Of a stretch of 64,000 bases of DNA, positions 28,725 to 39,961 are shown in pieces; the first letter of the stretch is position 1, and each line of letters starts with the position of its first letter. Location of the stretch: assembly GCA_044374875.1 (NCBI GenBank), contig JBILNT010000001.1, forward strand, positions 2,214-66,213, written 5' to 3'. Made by a program: the position numbers and the translations under genes. This DNA is from Rubrivivax sp. (lineage in GTDB: Bacteria > Pseudomonadota > Gammaproteobacteria > Burkholderiales > Burkholderiaceae_C). The notes beneath the pieces are model-generated. The model saw only the letters and a program-made list of their open reading frames with translations, made no database searches and was not told where the DNA came from.

Positions 28725-30386
28725 ATGCGGTCTCGCCTGAAGACAGGGCCAGGTCCGGCGGGCGTGCGGTCGGCGCGAGCGGTGCGAGCGGTGCGAGCGG
28801 TGCTCTTGCTCGCCCCGCTCGCGGTGGCCGCGGGCGCCGCGCACGCGCAGGCCACCACGCCGCGCGTGACCGTCCAGCCCACGCTCACGGTCGAGCAGAC
28901 GCTCACCGACAACGTCGAGCTGAGCGACACCGATCGACGATCCGAGGCGATCACCCGCGTCAGCCCGGGCATCGACATCACCAGCCGGGCCGGGCGCGTC
29001 GTCGGCTCGCTGCAGTACAGCGCCGACGCGCTGATCCACGCCCGCGAGACCGGCAAGAACACGGTTCGCAACTCGCTGTCGGCCATCGGCAGCGCCGAGG
29101 TTGTCGAGAACCACCTCGACGTCGACGCCCGCGCCAGCATCACCCAGCAGTCGATCTCGGCCTTCGGCACGCAGGCCGGCGGCACCGGCCTGGTCAGCGA
29201 CAACACCACCGAGGTCGCGATCTTCTCGATCTCGCCGTCGCTGCGCTTCAACCTCGGGCCCGAGGCCAGCGGCAGCGCCAGCGTCGAGTGGACCCGCAGC
29301 CGCGCGTCGTCCACCGATGCCGGCGACTCCGACAGCCATTCGGCCGACATCGGCGCCGGCGGCCGCCACGGCATCTTCGGCTGGAACCTGAGCGCCTCGC
29401 GCGTGGTCGACGACTTCACGGCCGGGCGCGACACCACCCAGGACGAAGCCGTCGCCACGCTGAGCCTCGCGCCCTGGAAGGAAGTGTCGTTCTTCGTTCG
29501 TGCCGGCTGGGAAGCCAACGACGTCCTCAGCGAGCAGCGCGTCTCCGACAGCTTCCGGGGCGCCGGCATCACCGTGCAGCCACACGACACGCTGCGCGCC
29601 ACGTTCTACCGCGACCGCCGCTACTTCGGCCATGCCGACGCGCTGAGCGTCGACTGGTTTCCCACCGAGCGCACCAACGTCTCGCTGTCGACCGAAGACC
29701 GCTTCTACGGCCGCTCGCACGGCGTGCGGGTGTCGCACCGCTTCGCCCGTGCGTTGGTCAGCTACACCGACACGCGGGGCCTGAGCGGCGGCGACCGGCT
29801 CGACCCGCGCGTGCGCCTGCAGTTCGAGACCTACCAGCAGACGCTGGCCCAGTGCTCGGCGCTGCCCCGCCCGGAGGACCAGGCCACCTGCATCGTCCGC
29901 GCGCTCCAGCAGGCCTACGGGGAGTTCGGCAACGGCATCGCGGGCGTGCTGGGCACCTCGCTGTCGAACCAGCGTGCGCAGAACCTGAGCTTCTTCCACC
30001 CCTGGATCCGCACGACGCTGTCGCTCACGGTCAGCCGCACCGAGAGCAACAGCCTGACCGGCATCACCAGCGTGCTGGGCGACCTGAACCTGACCGACCG
30101 GGTGGTGCGGTACGGCTGGTCGGCGGGGCTGACGCACCGGCTCACGCGCGAGACCTCGCTCGCGCTCGGTGCCAGCCGGCAGGTCACCGCCGACGCCCGG
30201 CGCACCACCGGCAGCGGTGGCGGCGTCCTGGCCGGCAACGAGCAGCGCCAGTTCACCGCCTCGCTGTCGACCACGCTGGGCCCCCGCACCACGGGCAGCG
30301 TCAGCCTGCGCCACGTCGTCTCCGACGGCGGCGCGTCCCCGTATCACGAGTCGGCGCTGATCGCGCGGCTCGACTTGCGCTTCTGA
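28725..30386 (+). CDS. PEP-CTERM system-associated outer membrane beta-barrel (TIGR03016-like)
   Basis: Signal peptide, TLTDNV, alternating beta-strand pattern, C-terminal LDLRF, conserved operon position. Confidence 0.85.
   Translation: MRSRLKTGPGPAGVRSARAVRAVRAVLLLAPLAVAAGAAHAQATTPRVTVQPTLTVEQTLTDNVELSDTDRRSEAITRVSPGIDITSRAGRVVGSLQYSADALIHARETGKNTVRNSLSAIGSAEVVENHLDVDARASITQQSISAFGTQAGGTGLVSDNTTEVAIFSISPSLRFNLGPEASGSASVEWTRSRASSTDAGDSDSHSADIGAGGRHGIFGWNLSASRVVDDFTAGRDTTQDEAVATLSLAPWKEVSFFVRAGWEANDVLSEQRVSDSFRGAGITVQPHDTLRATFYRDRRYFGHADALSVDWFPTERTNVSLSTEDRFYGRSHGVRVSHRFARALVSYTDTRGLSGGDRLDPRVRLQFETYQQTLAQCSALPRPEDQATCIVRALQQAYGEFGNGIAGVLGTSLSNQRAQNLSFFHPWIRTTLSLTVSRTESNSLTGITSVLGDLNLTDRVVRYGWSAGLTHRLTRETSLALGASRQVTADARRTTGSGGGVLAGNEQRQFTASLSTTLGPRTTGSVSLRHVVSDGGASPYHESALIARLDLRF
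28775..28803. repeat. 9-bp tandem repeat (GCGAGCGGT)x3
   Basis: Seen directly; encodes RAVRAVRAV in the signal region. Confidence 0.8.
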
Positions 30387-30393
30387 GGGCACC

Positions 30394-31572
30394 ATGTACG
30401 AGGCCTTCTACGGGCTGACCAGCAAGCCCTTCCAGCTCAACCCCGACCCGGGCTTCTTCTTCGGCAGCAAGCAGCACCGCCGCGCGAAGGCCTATCTCGA
30501 GTACGGCGTCTCGCGCAACGAGGGCTTCATCGTCATCACCGGCGAGATCGGCGCCGGCAAGACCACCGTGCTGCGCTCGCTGATCGACGGCCTGCACGGC
30601 ACCAACGTGGTCACGGGCCACCTCGTCACCACGCAGCTCGGCGCCGAGGACACGCTGCGCATGGTGGGCGCAGCCTTCGGCTTCCGCGTCAAGGACGTGC
30701 CCAAGAGCGAGCTGCTCATCACGCTCGAGGCCTTCCTCATCAGCCAGACCAGCAAGGGCAAGCGCTGCCTGCTGATCGTCGACGAGGCGCAGAACCTCAC
30801 GCCGAAGGCGGTGGAGGAACTGCGCATGCTGTCGAACTTCCAGTTCGGCAACCAGGCGCTGCTGCAGAGCTTCCTGGTCGGCCAGCCCGAGTTCCGCGAG
30901 ATCCTCCAGCGGCCCGAGATGGAGCAGTTCCGCCAGCGCGTGGCGGCCACCTGCCACATCGGTCCGCTCGACCAGGAAGAGACCCGGCGCTACATCGAGC
31001 ACCGCCTCAAGTGCGCCGGCTCCACCGGCAAGCCCGTCTTCGAGCCGGCCGCGTTCGAGGGCATCTACCGCTTCACCGGCGGCATCCCGCGCAGGATCAA
31101 CACCGTCTGCGACCGGCTGCTGCTGCTGGGCTTCCTGGGCGGCCGCACGACCCTGACCGCCACCGACGTCGACGAGGTCGTCAAGGAGTTCGCCGCCGAG
31201 AGCGCCGTCCCCTCGCGCCCCGCCGTGCCGGCGATGCCGACCTCCGCGGCGGCGCCCGGCGACGTCACCGGTGTCGTGAGCGCCGCCACGGGCGATCTCG
31301 ACATCGACCTGTCGCGCCTCAAGCTCGAGCCCGCCGAGGCCGAGGCCATCAACCGCCAGCTCGCCCAGCTCACCGCCGACCAGCGCACCGACCAGCTGCA
31401 GCGCCTCGAGCGCAGCCTGCTGCGTCTGGAACGCATCAACGTGCAGGTGCTCACGCTGCTGCAGAAGCTGGTGGCCACGGCGCAGCGCCGCGCGACGCCG
31501 GCCGAGGAGGCGTCGCCTGCCGAGGTGCCTGCCCAGCCGGCCGCGCCGCCCAGCGCGCAGCCGCTGCCCTGA
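30394..31572 (+). CDS. XrtA/PEP-CTERM-associated ExeA-like AAA ATPase
   Basis: MYEAFYGL..KPFQLNPDP, TGEIGAGKTT, IVDEAQNL, LVGQPE, GGIPRRIN. Confidence 0.93.
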   Translation: MYEAFYGLTSKPFQLNPDPGFFFGSKQHRRAKAYLEYGVSRNEGFIVITGEIGAGKTTVLRSLIDGLHGTNVVTGHLVTTQLGAEDTLRMVGAAFGFRVKDVPKSELLITLEAFLISQTSKGKRCLLIVDEAQNLTPKAVEELRMLSNFQFGNQALLQSFLVGQPEFREILQRPEMEQFRQRVAATCHIGPLDQEETRRYIEHRLKCAGSTGKPVFEPAAFEGIYRFTGGIPRRINTVCDRLLLLGFLGGRTTLTATDVDEVVKEFAAESAVPSRPAVPAMPTSAAAPGDVTGVVSAATGDLDIDLSRLKLEPAEAEAINRQLAQLTADQRTDQLQRLERSLLRLERINVQVLTLLQKLVATAQRRATPAEEASPAEVPAQPAAPPSAQPLP

Positions 31573-31639
31573 ACCCGAACCGCCGCACGCCGCACGGCGT
31601 GCCTGCAGCAACCGCCGTACCCGCCGCCCGACGACCGCC

Positions 31640-32500
31640 ATGCTCGCCCCCGCCATCACGAACGCGCTGACGATCGACGTCGAGGACTACTTCCAGGTCT
31701 CGGCCTTCGCCCCCTACATCCGCCGCGACGAATGGGACCGCCGCGAGTGCCGAGTCGAGCGCAACGTCGACCGCATCCTCGCGATGCTCGACGAGCACCG
31801 CACCCGGGCCACCTTCTTCACCCTGGGCTGGATCGCCGAGCGCCACCCGCACCTGGTGCGGCAGATCGTCGCGTGCGGCCACGAACTGGCCAGCCACGGC
31901 CACGGCCACGAGCGCGCCAGCGACCTCACCCGCGAGGCCTTCCGCCACGACGTGAGCCGCGCCAAGCAGGTGCTCGAGCAGATCGGCGGCGTGGCGGTGC
32001 AGGGCTACCGCGCCCCGAGCTTCTCCATCGGCGTGCGCAACCTCTGGGCCTTCGACGTGCTGGCCGAGGCCGGCTACCGATACAGCAGCAGCATCTACCC
32101 CATCCGGCACGACCACTACGGCATGCCCGACGCCCCGCGCTTCGCGCACCGCGTGCCGGCCGGCCTGCTGGAGATCCCGGTCACCACCGTGCGCATGGGC
32201 CAGCGCAACCTGCCCTCCAGCGGCGGCGGCTACTTCCGGCTGCTGCCCTACGGCCTGTCGCGCTGGCTGATCCGCCGCGTCAACCAGCAGGATCGCGAAG
32301 CCGCCGTCTTCTACTTCCACCCCTGGGAGATCGACCCTGGCCAGCCGCGCGTGCAGGGCATCGACGCGAGGACGCGCTTTCGCCACTACGTGAACATCCC
32401 GCGCATGGAACGCCGGCTGCGCACGCTGCTCGGCGACTTCCGCTGGGGGCGGATGGACGACATCTTCATCGCCGGCTCGCCGGCCTCCTTCGCGGGCTGA
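31640..32500 (+). CDS. XrtA system polysaccharide deacetylase
   Basis: TIDVEDYF, ATFFTLG, HELASHGHGH, GYRAPSFS, FYFHPWEID. Confidence 0.93.
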   Translation: MLAPAITNALTIDVEDYFQVSAFAPYIRRDEWDRRECRVERNVDRILAMLDEHRTRATFFTLGWIAERHPHLVRQIVACGHELASHGHGHERASDLTREAFRHDVSRAKQVLEQIGGVAVQGYRAPSFSIGVRNLWAFDVLAEAGYRYSSSIYPIRHDHYGMPDAPRFAHRVPAGLLEIPVTTVRMGQRNLPSSGGGYFRLLPYGLSRWLIRRVNQQDREAAVFYFHPWEIDPGQPRVQGIDARTRFRHYVNIPRMERRLRTLLGDFRWGRMDDIFIAGSPASFAG

Positions 32501-32508
32501 TCGGCGTC

Positions 32509-33546
32509 GTGCCCGAACTCGAGCGACTCGCCCCCGAGGACGCCCGCGAGAATGCCTCGTGGGACGCCTTCGTGATGGCCCACCCGAAGGCCACCTTCTT
32601 CCACCGCGCCGGCTGGCAGCGCGTGCTGCGCGGCGCCTTCGGCCACGAGTCGCATTTCCTCTACGCCCATCGGGCCGGCCGCATCACCGGCGTGCTGCCG
32701 CTGGCCCACGTGAAGAGCTGGCTCTTCGGCAGTTCGCTGGCCAGCCTGCCCTTCGCGGTGTACGGCGGCGTCGTGGCCGAGGACGACGACAGCCGTGCGT
32801 TGCTGGAGGCCGAGGCCGACCGGCTGGCGCGCCGCCTGGGCGTGGCGCACCTCGAGTACCGCAACCTCGAGCGCAGCCACGCCGACTGGCCCGTGCAGGA
32901 CCTCTACGTCACCTTCCGCAAGCCGATCCTGCCCGGCGAGGAGGCCAACATGCTGGCCATCCCGCGCAAGCAGCGCGCGATGGTTCGCAAGGGCATCGGG
33001 AACGGCCTGACCAGCCAGGTCGACGACGGCGTCGACCGCTTCTTCGCGCTCTATGCCGACAACGTGCACCGCCACGGCACGCCGGCCATGCCCAGGCGCT
33101 GGTTCCAGCAGTTGCGGCGCGAGTTCGGGCGCGACTGCGAGGTGCTCACCGTCGGCAGCGCCGACGGCACGCCGGTCAGCAGCGTGCTGAGCTTCTACTT
33201 CCGCGACGAGGTGCTGCCCTACTACGCGGGCGACGCCGAGGCCGCGCGCGGCCTGGCCGCCAACGACTTCAAGTACTGGGAGCTGATGCGCCGCGCCTGC
33301 AGCCGCGGGCTGAAGACCTTCGACTACGGCCGCAGCAAGCAGGGCACCGGATCGTTCGCGTTCAAGAAGAACTGGGGCTTCGAGCCGCAGCCGCTGCACT
33401 ACGAGTACCGCCTCTACAAGCGTGACTCGGTGCCGCAGAACAACCCCGGCAACGCGAAGTACAAGTTGCTGATCGAGACCTGGCGGCGCATGCCGCTGGC
33501 CGTGGCGAACTGGCTCGGCCCGTTCGTCGTGCGCAGCCTCGGCTGA
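32509..33546 (+). CDS. FemAB-family (GNAT-like) XrtA/PEP-CTERM-associated protein
   Basis: WDAFV..HP.ATFFH, SLPFAVYGG, RKQRAMVRKG, FDYGRSK, FKKNWGF. Confidence 0.92.
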   Translation: MPELERLAPEDARENASWDAFVMAHPKATFFHRAGWQRVLRGAFGHESHFLYAHRAGRITGVLPLAHVKSWLFGSSLASLPFAVYGGVVAEDDDSRALLEAEADRLARRLGVAHLEYRNLERSHADWPVQDLYVTFRKPILPGEEANMLAIPRKQRAMVRKGIGNGLTSQVDDGVDRFFALYADNVHRHGTPAMPRRWFQQLRREFGRDCEVLTVGSADGTPVSSVLSFYFRDEVLPYYAGDAEAARGLAANDFKYWELMRRACSRGLKTFDYGRSKQGTGSFAFKKNWGFEPQPLHYEYRLYKRDSVPQNNPGNAKYKLLIETWRRMPLAVANWLGPFVVRSLG

Positions 33547-33565
33547 AGCGCAGGCGCGGCGCCTC

Positions 33566-34837
33566 ATGGCCAACGTCCTCTACCTCGTGCACCGCATGCC
33601 GTACCCGCCCGACAAGGGGGACAAGGTGCGCTCGTACCACGTGCTCAGGCACCTGGCGGCGCGGCACCGCGTGTTCCTGGGCACCTTCGTCGACGATCCG
33701 GCCGACTGGCAGCACGTGCCCGCCGTGCGCGAGCTGTGTGCCGGCGTGCATGCCGCCGGCCTGAACCCGCGCGCTGCCAGGCTGCGCAGCCTGGCCGCGC
33801 TGGCCACCGGCGAGCCGCTGACGCTGCGCTACTACCGCGACGCCGGTCTGGCGCGCTGGGTGAAGGACGCCGCGGCGCGCGAACGCATCGACGCGGCGGT
33901 GGTGTTCTCGTCGTCGATGGCGCCCTATGCGAAGGGCCTGGGCGTGCCGGTGCTGGTGGATTTCGTCGACGTGGATTCCGCCAAGTGGGCCGAGTACGCG
34001 CCGCGCCACGCCTGGCCGCTGAGCTGGCTCTACCGCCGCGAGGGCGAGAAACTCCTGGCCTGCGAGCGCGAGGTGGCCGGCTGGGCCGGGCGCTCGTTCT
34101 TCGTGACCGAGAAGGAGGCGCAGCTGTTCCGTGGCCTGGCACCCGAGAGCGCCGGCCGCGTCGAGGCCATGTCCAATGGCGTCGACTGCGACCACTTCGC
34201 GCCCGACCTGGCGCGGCCTTCGCCCTTCACGGCCGGCGAACTGCCCGTCGTCTTCACCGGCGCGATGGACTACTGGCCCAACATCGACGCCGTGACCTGG
34301 TTCGCCGCCGAGATGCTGCCGGCGCTCAGGGCGAAGCACCCGCAGCTGCGTTTTCACATCGTCGGCCGCAATCCCGCGCCTGCCGTGCAGGCGCTGGCCG
34401 GCACGGCCGTGAACGTGACCGGCACCGTGCCCGACGTGCGCCCGTACCTGCAGCACGCCGCCGTGGTGGTGGCGCCGCTGCGCCTGGCGCGCGGCATCCA
34501 GAACAAGATCCTCGAGGCCATGGCCATGGAGCGACCCGTGGTGGCTGCCGGCACCTGCGCCGAGGCCATGGCGCCCGGCACGCGCGCCGAACTCGTCGCG
34601 GCCGCCTTGCCCGACGACTACGTGCGCGAGGTCGATGCCCTGCTTCGCGCCCCGGCGCGTGCCACGGCCGTCGGCATCGCGTGCCGGCAGCGCGTGCTGG
34701 CCGATTACGCCTGGGACGCCCACCTCGCCGCGTTCGACCGCCACCTGGAGGCGGCTTCGGCCGCGGCGGCGGCCGGGCTGCCACCGCCGTCGCGCAATCC
34801 ACGGCCCTGGCAGCCCGCTGCGGGCCGAGGTGGCTGA
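33566..34837 (+). CDS. GT4 glycosyltransferase (TIGR03087-like)
   Basis: HRMPYPPDKGDKVRS, DFVDVDSAKW, FTGAMDYWPN, RGIQNKILEAMAM. Confidence 0.92.
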   Translation: MANVLYLVHRMPYPPDKGDKVRSYHVLRHLAARHRVFLGTFVDDPADWQHVPAVRELCAGVHAAGLNPRAARLRSLAALATGEPLTLRYYRDAGLARWVKDAAARERIDAAVVFSSSMAPYAKGLGVPVLVDFVDVDSAKWAEYAPRHAWPLSWLYRREGEKLLACEREVAGWAGRSFFVTEKEAQLFRGLAPESAGRVEAMSNGVDCDHFAPDLARPSPFTAGELPVVFTGAMDYWPNIDAVTWFAAEMLPALRAKHPQLRFHIVGRNPAPAVQALAGTAVNVTGTVPDVRPYLQHAAVVVAPLRLARGIQNKILEAMAMERPVVAAGTCAEAMAPGTRAELVAAALPDDYVREVDALLRAPARATAVGIACRQRVLADYAWDAHLAAFDRHLEAASAAAAAGLPPPSRNPRPWQPAAGRGG

Positions 34838-34842
34838 GCGCC

Positions 34843-36429
34843 ATGAGTGCCATGCCCGAGCCGACCCCGCACGCCAGCGCCTGGCGCACCGTGCTGCCGC
34901 TGTTTGCCGGCCTCGTGCTGGCGCTGCTGCTGCTGTACCGCGACACCGTCATGGCGATGGTGGACGTGTGGTCGCGCTCCGACACCTTCGCGCACGGCTG
35001 GCTGGTGACCCCCATCAGCCTGTGGCTGATCTGGCGGCAGCGCGCGCGGCTGGCGTTGCTCGCCCCGCGGCCGGTGCCCTGGGTGCTGGCAGCCATGCTG
35101 CCGGTCGTGGTGGCGTGGCTGGCCTCCGACCTCGTCGTCGTCAACGCGCCGACGCAGTTCGCCTTCGTCTTCCTGCTCATCCTCGCCGTGCCCGCCGTGC
35201 TGGGCCTGGAGGTGACGCGGACCATCCTGTTCCCGCTGCTGTTCCTGCTGTTCGCCGTGCCCTTCGGCGAATTCATGGTCGAGCCGATGATGGAGTGGAC
35301 AGCCGACTTCGTCGTCGTGGCGCTGCAGTTCATCGGCGTGCCGGTGTTCCGCGAGGGCCTCAGCTTCGTGATCCCCACCGGACGCTGGTCCGTCATCGAC
35401 GAGTGCAGCGGCGTGCGCTACCTGATGGCCTCGTTCATGGTGGGCTCGCTGTTCGCGTACCTGCACTACCGCTCGTACGCGCGCCGGGCCGTGTTCATGC
35501 TGGTGTCCATCGCGATGCCCGTCGTCGCCAACTGGCTGCGCGCGCTGATGATCGTCATGCTCGGGCACCTCTCGGGCAACCGGATCGCCGTCGGCGTCGA
35601 CCACATCCTCTACGGCTGGGTGTTCTTCGGTCTCGTGATCTTCCTGATGTTCGTGGTCGGCATGCGCTGGGCCGAGGCCGACGAACCCGTGCCCGCCGCA
35701 CCGGCCGAAGGCGGCGTGGCCGCGTCGCAGGGCGCCGCTGCCGCGTCGCGGCGCGTGGCCGGCGCCGCGCTGGCGGTGCTGGTCGTGGCGGCGCTGCCGC
35801 ACGCCTTCAACTGGGGCCTGGTGCGTTCCGAAGCTTCGGCCCCGACGCCCCGCCTGGAACTGCCCCCCGGGCTGGCCCCGGGCTGGACCGGGATGCCCGG
35901 CAAGCCCGCGCTCGACTGGCAGCCGGCCTGGGGCAACCCGTCGGTGCTGGCGCACGCCGCGTACGCGGGCTCGGCCCCGGGCGCCCAAGGGCCGGTGGGG
36001 CTGTACATCGCCTACTACCGCGGCCAGGGCCCCGAGCGCAAGCTCGTCAGCTCGCTGAACCTGGTCGTCCCGCTCAACGAGCGCAACTGGACCACCCAGC
36101 GCAAGGGGCAGGCCTCGGCTCGTGCCGGCGGGCAGGATGTCAGCCTGCGCAGCCACGACATCACCGGCCCCGGCAGTGCCGCCGCACGGCCCCACGTCAC
36201 GGCCTGGCAGGTGTACTGGGTCGACGGGCGCTTCGTCACCGGCGAGCGCCAGGCCAAGCTGGCCACTGCGCGCGCGCGGCTGCAGGGGCGCGGCGACGAC
36301 GGCGCCTCGGTCGTCATCTACGCCGAGCGCGCCACCCACGCTGAATCTGCCGCGGCGGTGCAGGCTTTCACCAGGGACAATCTCGGTCTCGTCGCCGGGC
36401 TGCTGCAACGCACCCGCGATGCCCGCTGA
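34843..36429 (+). CDS. xrtA: Exosortase A with C-terminal EpsI domain
   Basis: Multi-TM protein; catalytic Cys (DECSGVRY), Arg (ANWLR) and His (VDHILYGW); periplasmic C-terminal domain. Confidence 0.95.
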   Translation: MSAMPEPTPHASAWRTVLPLFAGLVLALLLLYRDTVMAMVDVWSRSDTFAHGWLVTPISLWLIWRQRARLALLAPRPVPWVLAAMLPVVVAWLASDLVVVNAPTQFAFVFLLILAVPAVLGLEVTRTILFPLLFLLFAVPFGEFMVEPMMEWTADFVVVALQFIGVPVFREGLSFVIPTGRWSVIDECSGVRYLMASFMVGSLFAYLHYRSYARRAVFMLVSIAMPVVANWLRALMIVMLGHLSGNRIAVGVDHILYGWVFFGLVIFLMFVVGMRWAEADEPVPAAPAEGGVAASQGAAAASRRVAGAALAVLVVAALPHAFNWGLVRSEASAPTPRLELPPGLAPGWTGMPGKPALDWQPAWGNPSVLAHAAYAGSAPGAQGPVGLYIAYYRGQGPERKLVSSLNLVVPLNERNWTTQRKGQASARAGGQDVSLRSHDITGPGSAAARPHVTAWQVYWVDGRFVTGERQAKLATARARLQGRGDDGASVVIYAERATHAESAAAVQAFTRDNLGLVAGLLQRTRDAR

Positions 36430-36469
36430 GCCGCTCACTCCTGCGTCACGACAAGAAAGCGAACCCTCC

Positions 36470-37750
<1,281 letters not shown>

Positions 37751-37766
37751 GCTCCGGTCGTCGAGC

Positions 37767-38003
37767 GTGACCTTGGCGCCTGGAGCGGGGCGTGACCCCC
37801 GCCCCCTCGTCCTCCATCTCGTCTACCGCTTCGACACCGGCGGCCTCGAGAACGGCGTCGTCAACCTGATCAACCACATGCCGGCCGGCGCCTACCGGCA
37901 CGCGGTGGTGGCCTTGACCGAGGTGGTGCCGGGCCTCGCGGCGCGCATCCGGCGTGACGACGTCTCCTTCTTCTCGCTGCGGAGCGAAGGGATGTGCCGT
38001 TGA
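37767..38003 (+). pseudogene. Truncated 5' duplicate of the downstream GT4 glycosyltransferase
   Basis: Encodes DPRPLVLHLVYRFDTGGLENGVVN...DDVSFFSL and then stops; near-identical to the start of 38740..39885. Confidence 0.9.
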
Positions 38004-38016
38004 TCGCACGGCGTCC

Positions 38017-38025
38017 GTGTACACT
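38017..38025 (+). promoter_or_regulatory. Candidate -10 box TACACT overlapping palindrome GTGTACAC (TA promoter/operator, probably leaderless)
   Basis: TACACT at 38020-38025 ends 6 nt before the antitoxin GTG at 38032; no Shine-Dalgarno. Confidence 0.5.
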
Positions 38026-38031
38026 GAAGCA

Positions 38032-38253
38032 GTGAAAAACATCACCTTGTCTGCCGACGAACGCCTCATCGAAGCTGCGCGGCAGCGCGCGCAGGCGGAG
38101 CACACCACGCTCAACGAGGCCTTCAGGCGCTGGCTTGCGGACTACGCTCAAGCCCAGCAACGACTCCAGCGCTGCGATGAGGTCCTGGCGCAATTGCGTG
38201 GCCATCTCGAGGTTGGGCAGCGTCTCAGCCGCGACCAGATGAACGCCCGCTGA
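38032..38253 (+). CDS. Ribbon-helix-helix-type antitoxin
   Basis: 73 aa, MKNITLSADERLIEAARQRAQAEHTTLNEAFRRWL (beta-alpha-alpha pattern), directly upstream of a PIN gene. Confidence 0.8.
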   Translation: MKNITLSADERLIEAARQRAQAEHTTLNEAFRRWLADYAQAQQRLQRCDEVLAQLRGHLEVGQRLSRDQMNAR

Positions 38254-38261
38254 CCAAGCCG

Positions 38262-38690
38262 ATGCCGGCCAGCACCTTCCTCGACACCAACATCTTCGTC
38301 TACCAGCTTGACGATGGCGCTGAGCCGCGCAAGCGGTCCATCGCGGACGGCATCGTCCGAGATGCCCTGCTGACGCAGGACAGCTGCGTCAGCTTTCAGG
38401 TCGTCCAGGAGTGCCTGAACGTGGTCACCACGAAGGCCCGGCGGCCGCTCAGCGCCGCGCAGGCGCAGGCGTACCTGGACGCTGTCCTTGCGCCGCTGAT
38501 GCAGGTCGGCGCCAGCGTCGATCTGTACCGTCGGGCGCTCGACGTGCGTACTCGCTGGCAGTTCGGCTTCTACGACTCGCTCATCGTCGCCGGCGCACTG
38601 ACGGCCGGCTGCACCCGGCTGCTGACGGAAGATCTGCAGCACGGTCAGCGCATCGAGCAACTGACGATCGTCGATCCCTTCCGGGGGTGA
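38262..38690 (+). CDS. vapC: PIN-domain (VapC-type) toxin
   Basis: FLDTNIFVY, QVVQE, FYDSLIVAGA, LLTEDLQHGQ acidic PIN motifs. Confidence 0.9.
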   Translation: MPASTFLDTNIFVYQLDDGAEPRKRSIADGIVRDALLTQDSCVSFQVVQECLNVVTTKARRPLSAAQAQAYLDAVLAPLMQVGASVDLYRRALDVRTRWQFGFYDSLIVAGALTAGCTRLLTEDLQHGQRIEQLTIVDPFRG

Positions 38691-38739
38691 GACTGCAATA
38701 CGTCCTGCCGCCTTCGTCGACAGGCCCGTCGCCGTACCC

Positions 38740-39885
38740 GTGACCGACCCCCGCCCCCTCGTCCTCCATCTCGTCTACCGCTTCGACACCGGCGGCCTCG
38801 AGAACGGCGTCGTCAACCTGATCAACCACATGCCTGCCGGCGCCTACCGGCATGCGGTGGTGGCCTTGACCGAGGTGGTGCCTGGCTTCGCCGCGCGCAT
38901 CCGGCGCGACGACGTCGCCTTCGTCTCGCTGCACAAGCGGCCAGGCCATGGCGTGCAGCTGTACCCGCGGCTGCATGCGCTGTTGCGCGAGCTGCGCCCG
39001 GCCGTGGTCCACACGCGCAACCTGGCGGCGCTGGAATGCCAGGTGCCGGCCTGGGCCGCACGCGTGCCGGTGCGCATCCACGGCGAGCACGGCCGCGACA
39101 GCGACGATCCCGACGGCACCGTGCGTCGCTACCAGTGGATGCGCCGCGTCTACCGGCCGTTCGTGCACCACCACGTGGCATTGTCCGCCGATCTGGCGGG
39201 CTACCTGCACGACAAGGTGCACGTGCCGCCGGCGCGCGTCACGCAGATCGTCAACGGCGTCGACACCACGCGCTTCCACCCGGCGCCGGGCGGCCATGCC
39301 CCTCTGGAAGGCATGCCGTTCACTCACCCCACCCACTTCGTCGTGGGCACCGTGGGCCGGATGCAGACCGTGAAGGCGCAACCCCTGCTGGCCCGTGCCT
39401 TCGTGCGCGCGCTGCAACTGCGGCCCGCGCTGCGCGAGCGGCTGCGCCTGGTGATGGTGGGCAACGGTCCTCTGCGCGCCGAAGCCCAGGCCGTGCTGGC
39501 CGAAGCCGGCGTGGCCGACCTGGCGTGGCTGCCCGGCGAACGCGCCGACGTACCCGAAGTCATGCGTTCGCTCGACGCCTTCGTGCTGCCTTCGCTGGCC
39601 GAGGGCATTTCCAACACCATCCTCGAAGCCATGGCCAGCGGCCTGCCCGTGCTGGCCACGCGCGTGGGCGGCAGCGCCGAGCTGGTGATCGAAGGCGAGA
39701 CCGGGCAGCTCGTGCCGGCCGGCGACGTGGAGGCGCTGGCGCGCGGATTGGTGGCGCTGGCGGCCGACCCGGCCCGCGCCGCGGCGCAGGGCAGGGCGGG
39801 GCGCCTGCGGGCCGAGCAGCGTTTCAGCCTGGCGGCGATGGTGGGCGCGTACCAGGGGCTGTACGACCGGCTGCTGGCGCGCTGA
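38740..39885 (+). CDS. GT4 glycosyltransferase (TIGR03088-like)
   Basis: GGLENG, HGEHG, NGVD, EGISNTILEAMASG. Confidence 0.93.
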   Translation: MTDPRPLVLHLVYRFDTGGLENGVVNLINHMPAGAYRHAVVALTEVVPGFAARIRRDDVAFVSLHKRPGHGVQLYPRLHALLRELRPAVVHTRNLAALECQVPAWAARVPVRIHGEHGRDSDDPDGTVRRYQWMRRVYRPFVHHHVALSADLAGYLHDKVHVPPARVTQIVNGVDTTRFHPAPGGHAPLEGMPFTHPTHFVVGTVGRMQTVKAQPLLARAFVRALQLRPALRERLRLVMVGNGPLRAEAQAVLAEAGVADLAWLPGERADVPEVMRSLDAFVLPSLAEGISNTILEAMASGLPVLATRVGGSAELVIEGETGQLVPAGDVEALARGLVALAADPARAAAQGRAGRLRAEQRFSLAAMVGAYQGLYDRLLAR

Positions 39886-39899
39886 GCTGCAACAACATC

Positions 39900-39961
39900 G
39901 GGGTCAGGTCTCATTTCTTCCACTGCCTGCAACGATCGCGCAACGATCGAGACCTGACCCC
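39900..39961. repeat. REP-like palindromic element GGGGTCAGGTCTC...GAGACCTGACCCC
   Basis: Perfect 13-bp inverted repeat with a 36-nt spacer; GCAACGATCG occurs twice inside it. A second hairpin lies at 39973-39994. Confidence 0.8.

Larger units (their letters stand above)
37794..38932 (+). repeat. 187-bp direct repeat pair (37794-37980 and 38746-38932) flanking the TA module
   Basis: Manual alignment gives 8 mismatches in 187 bp. Confidence 0.92.
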
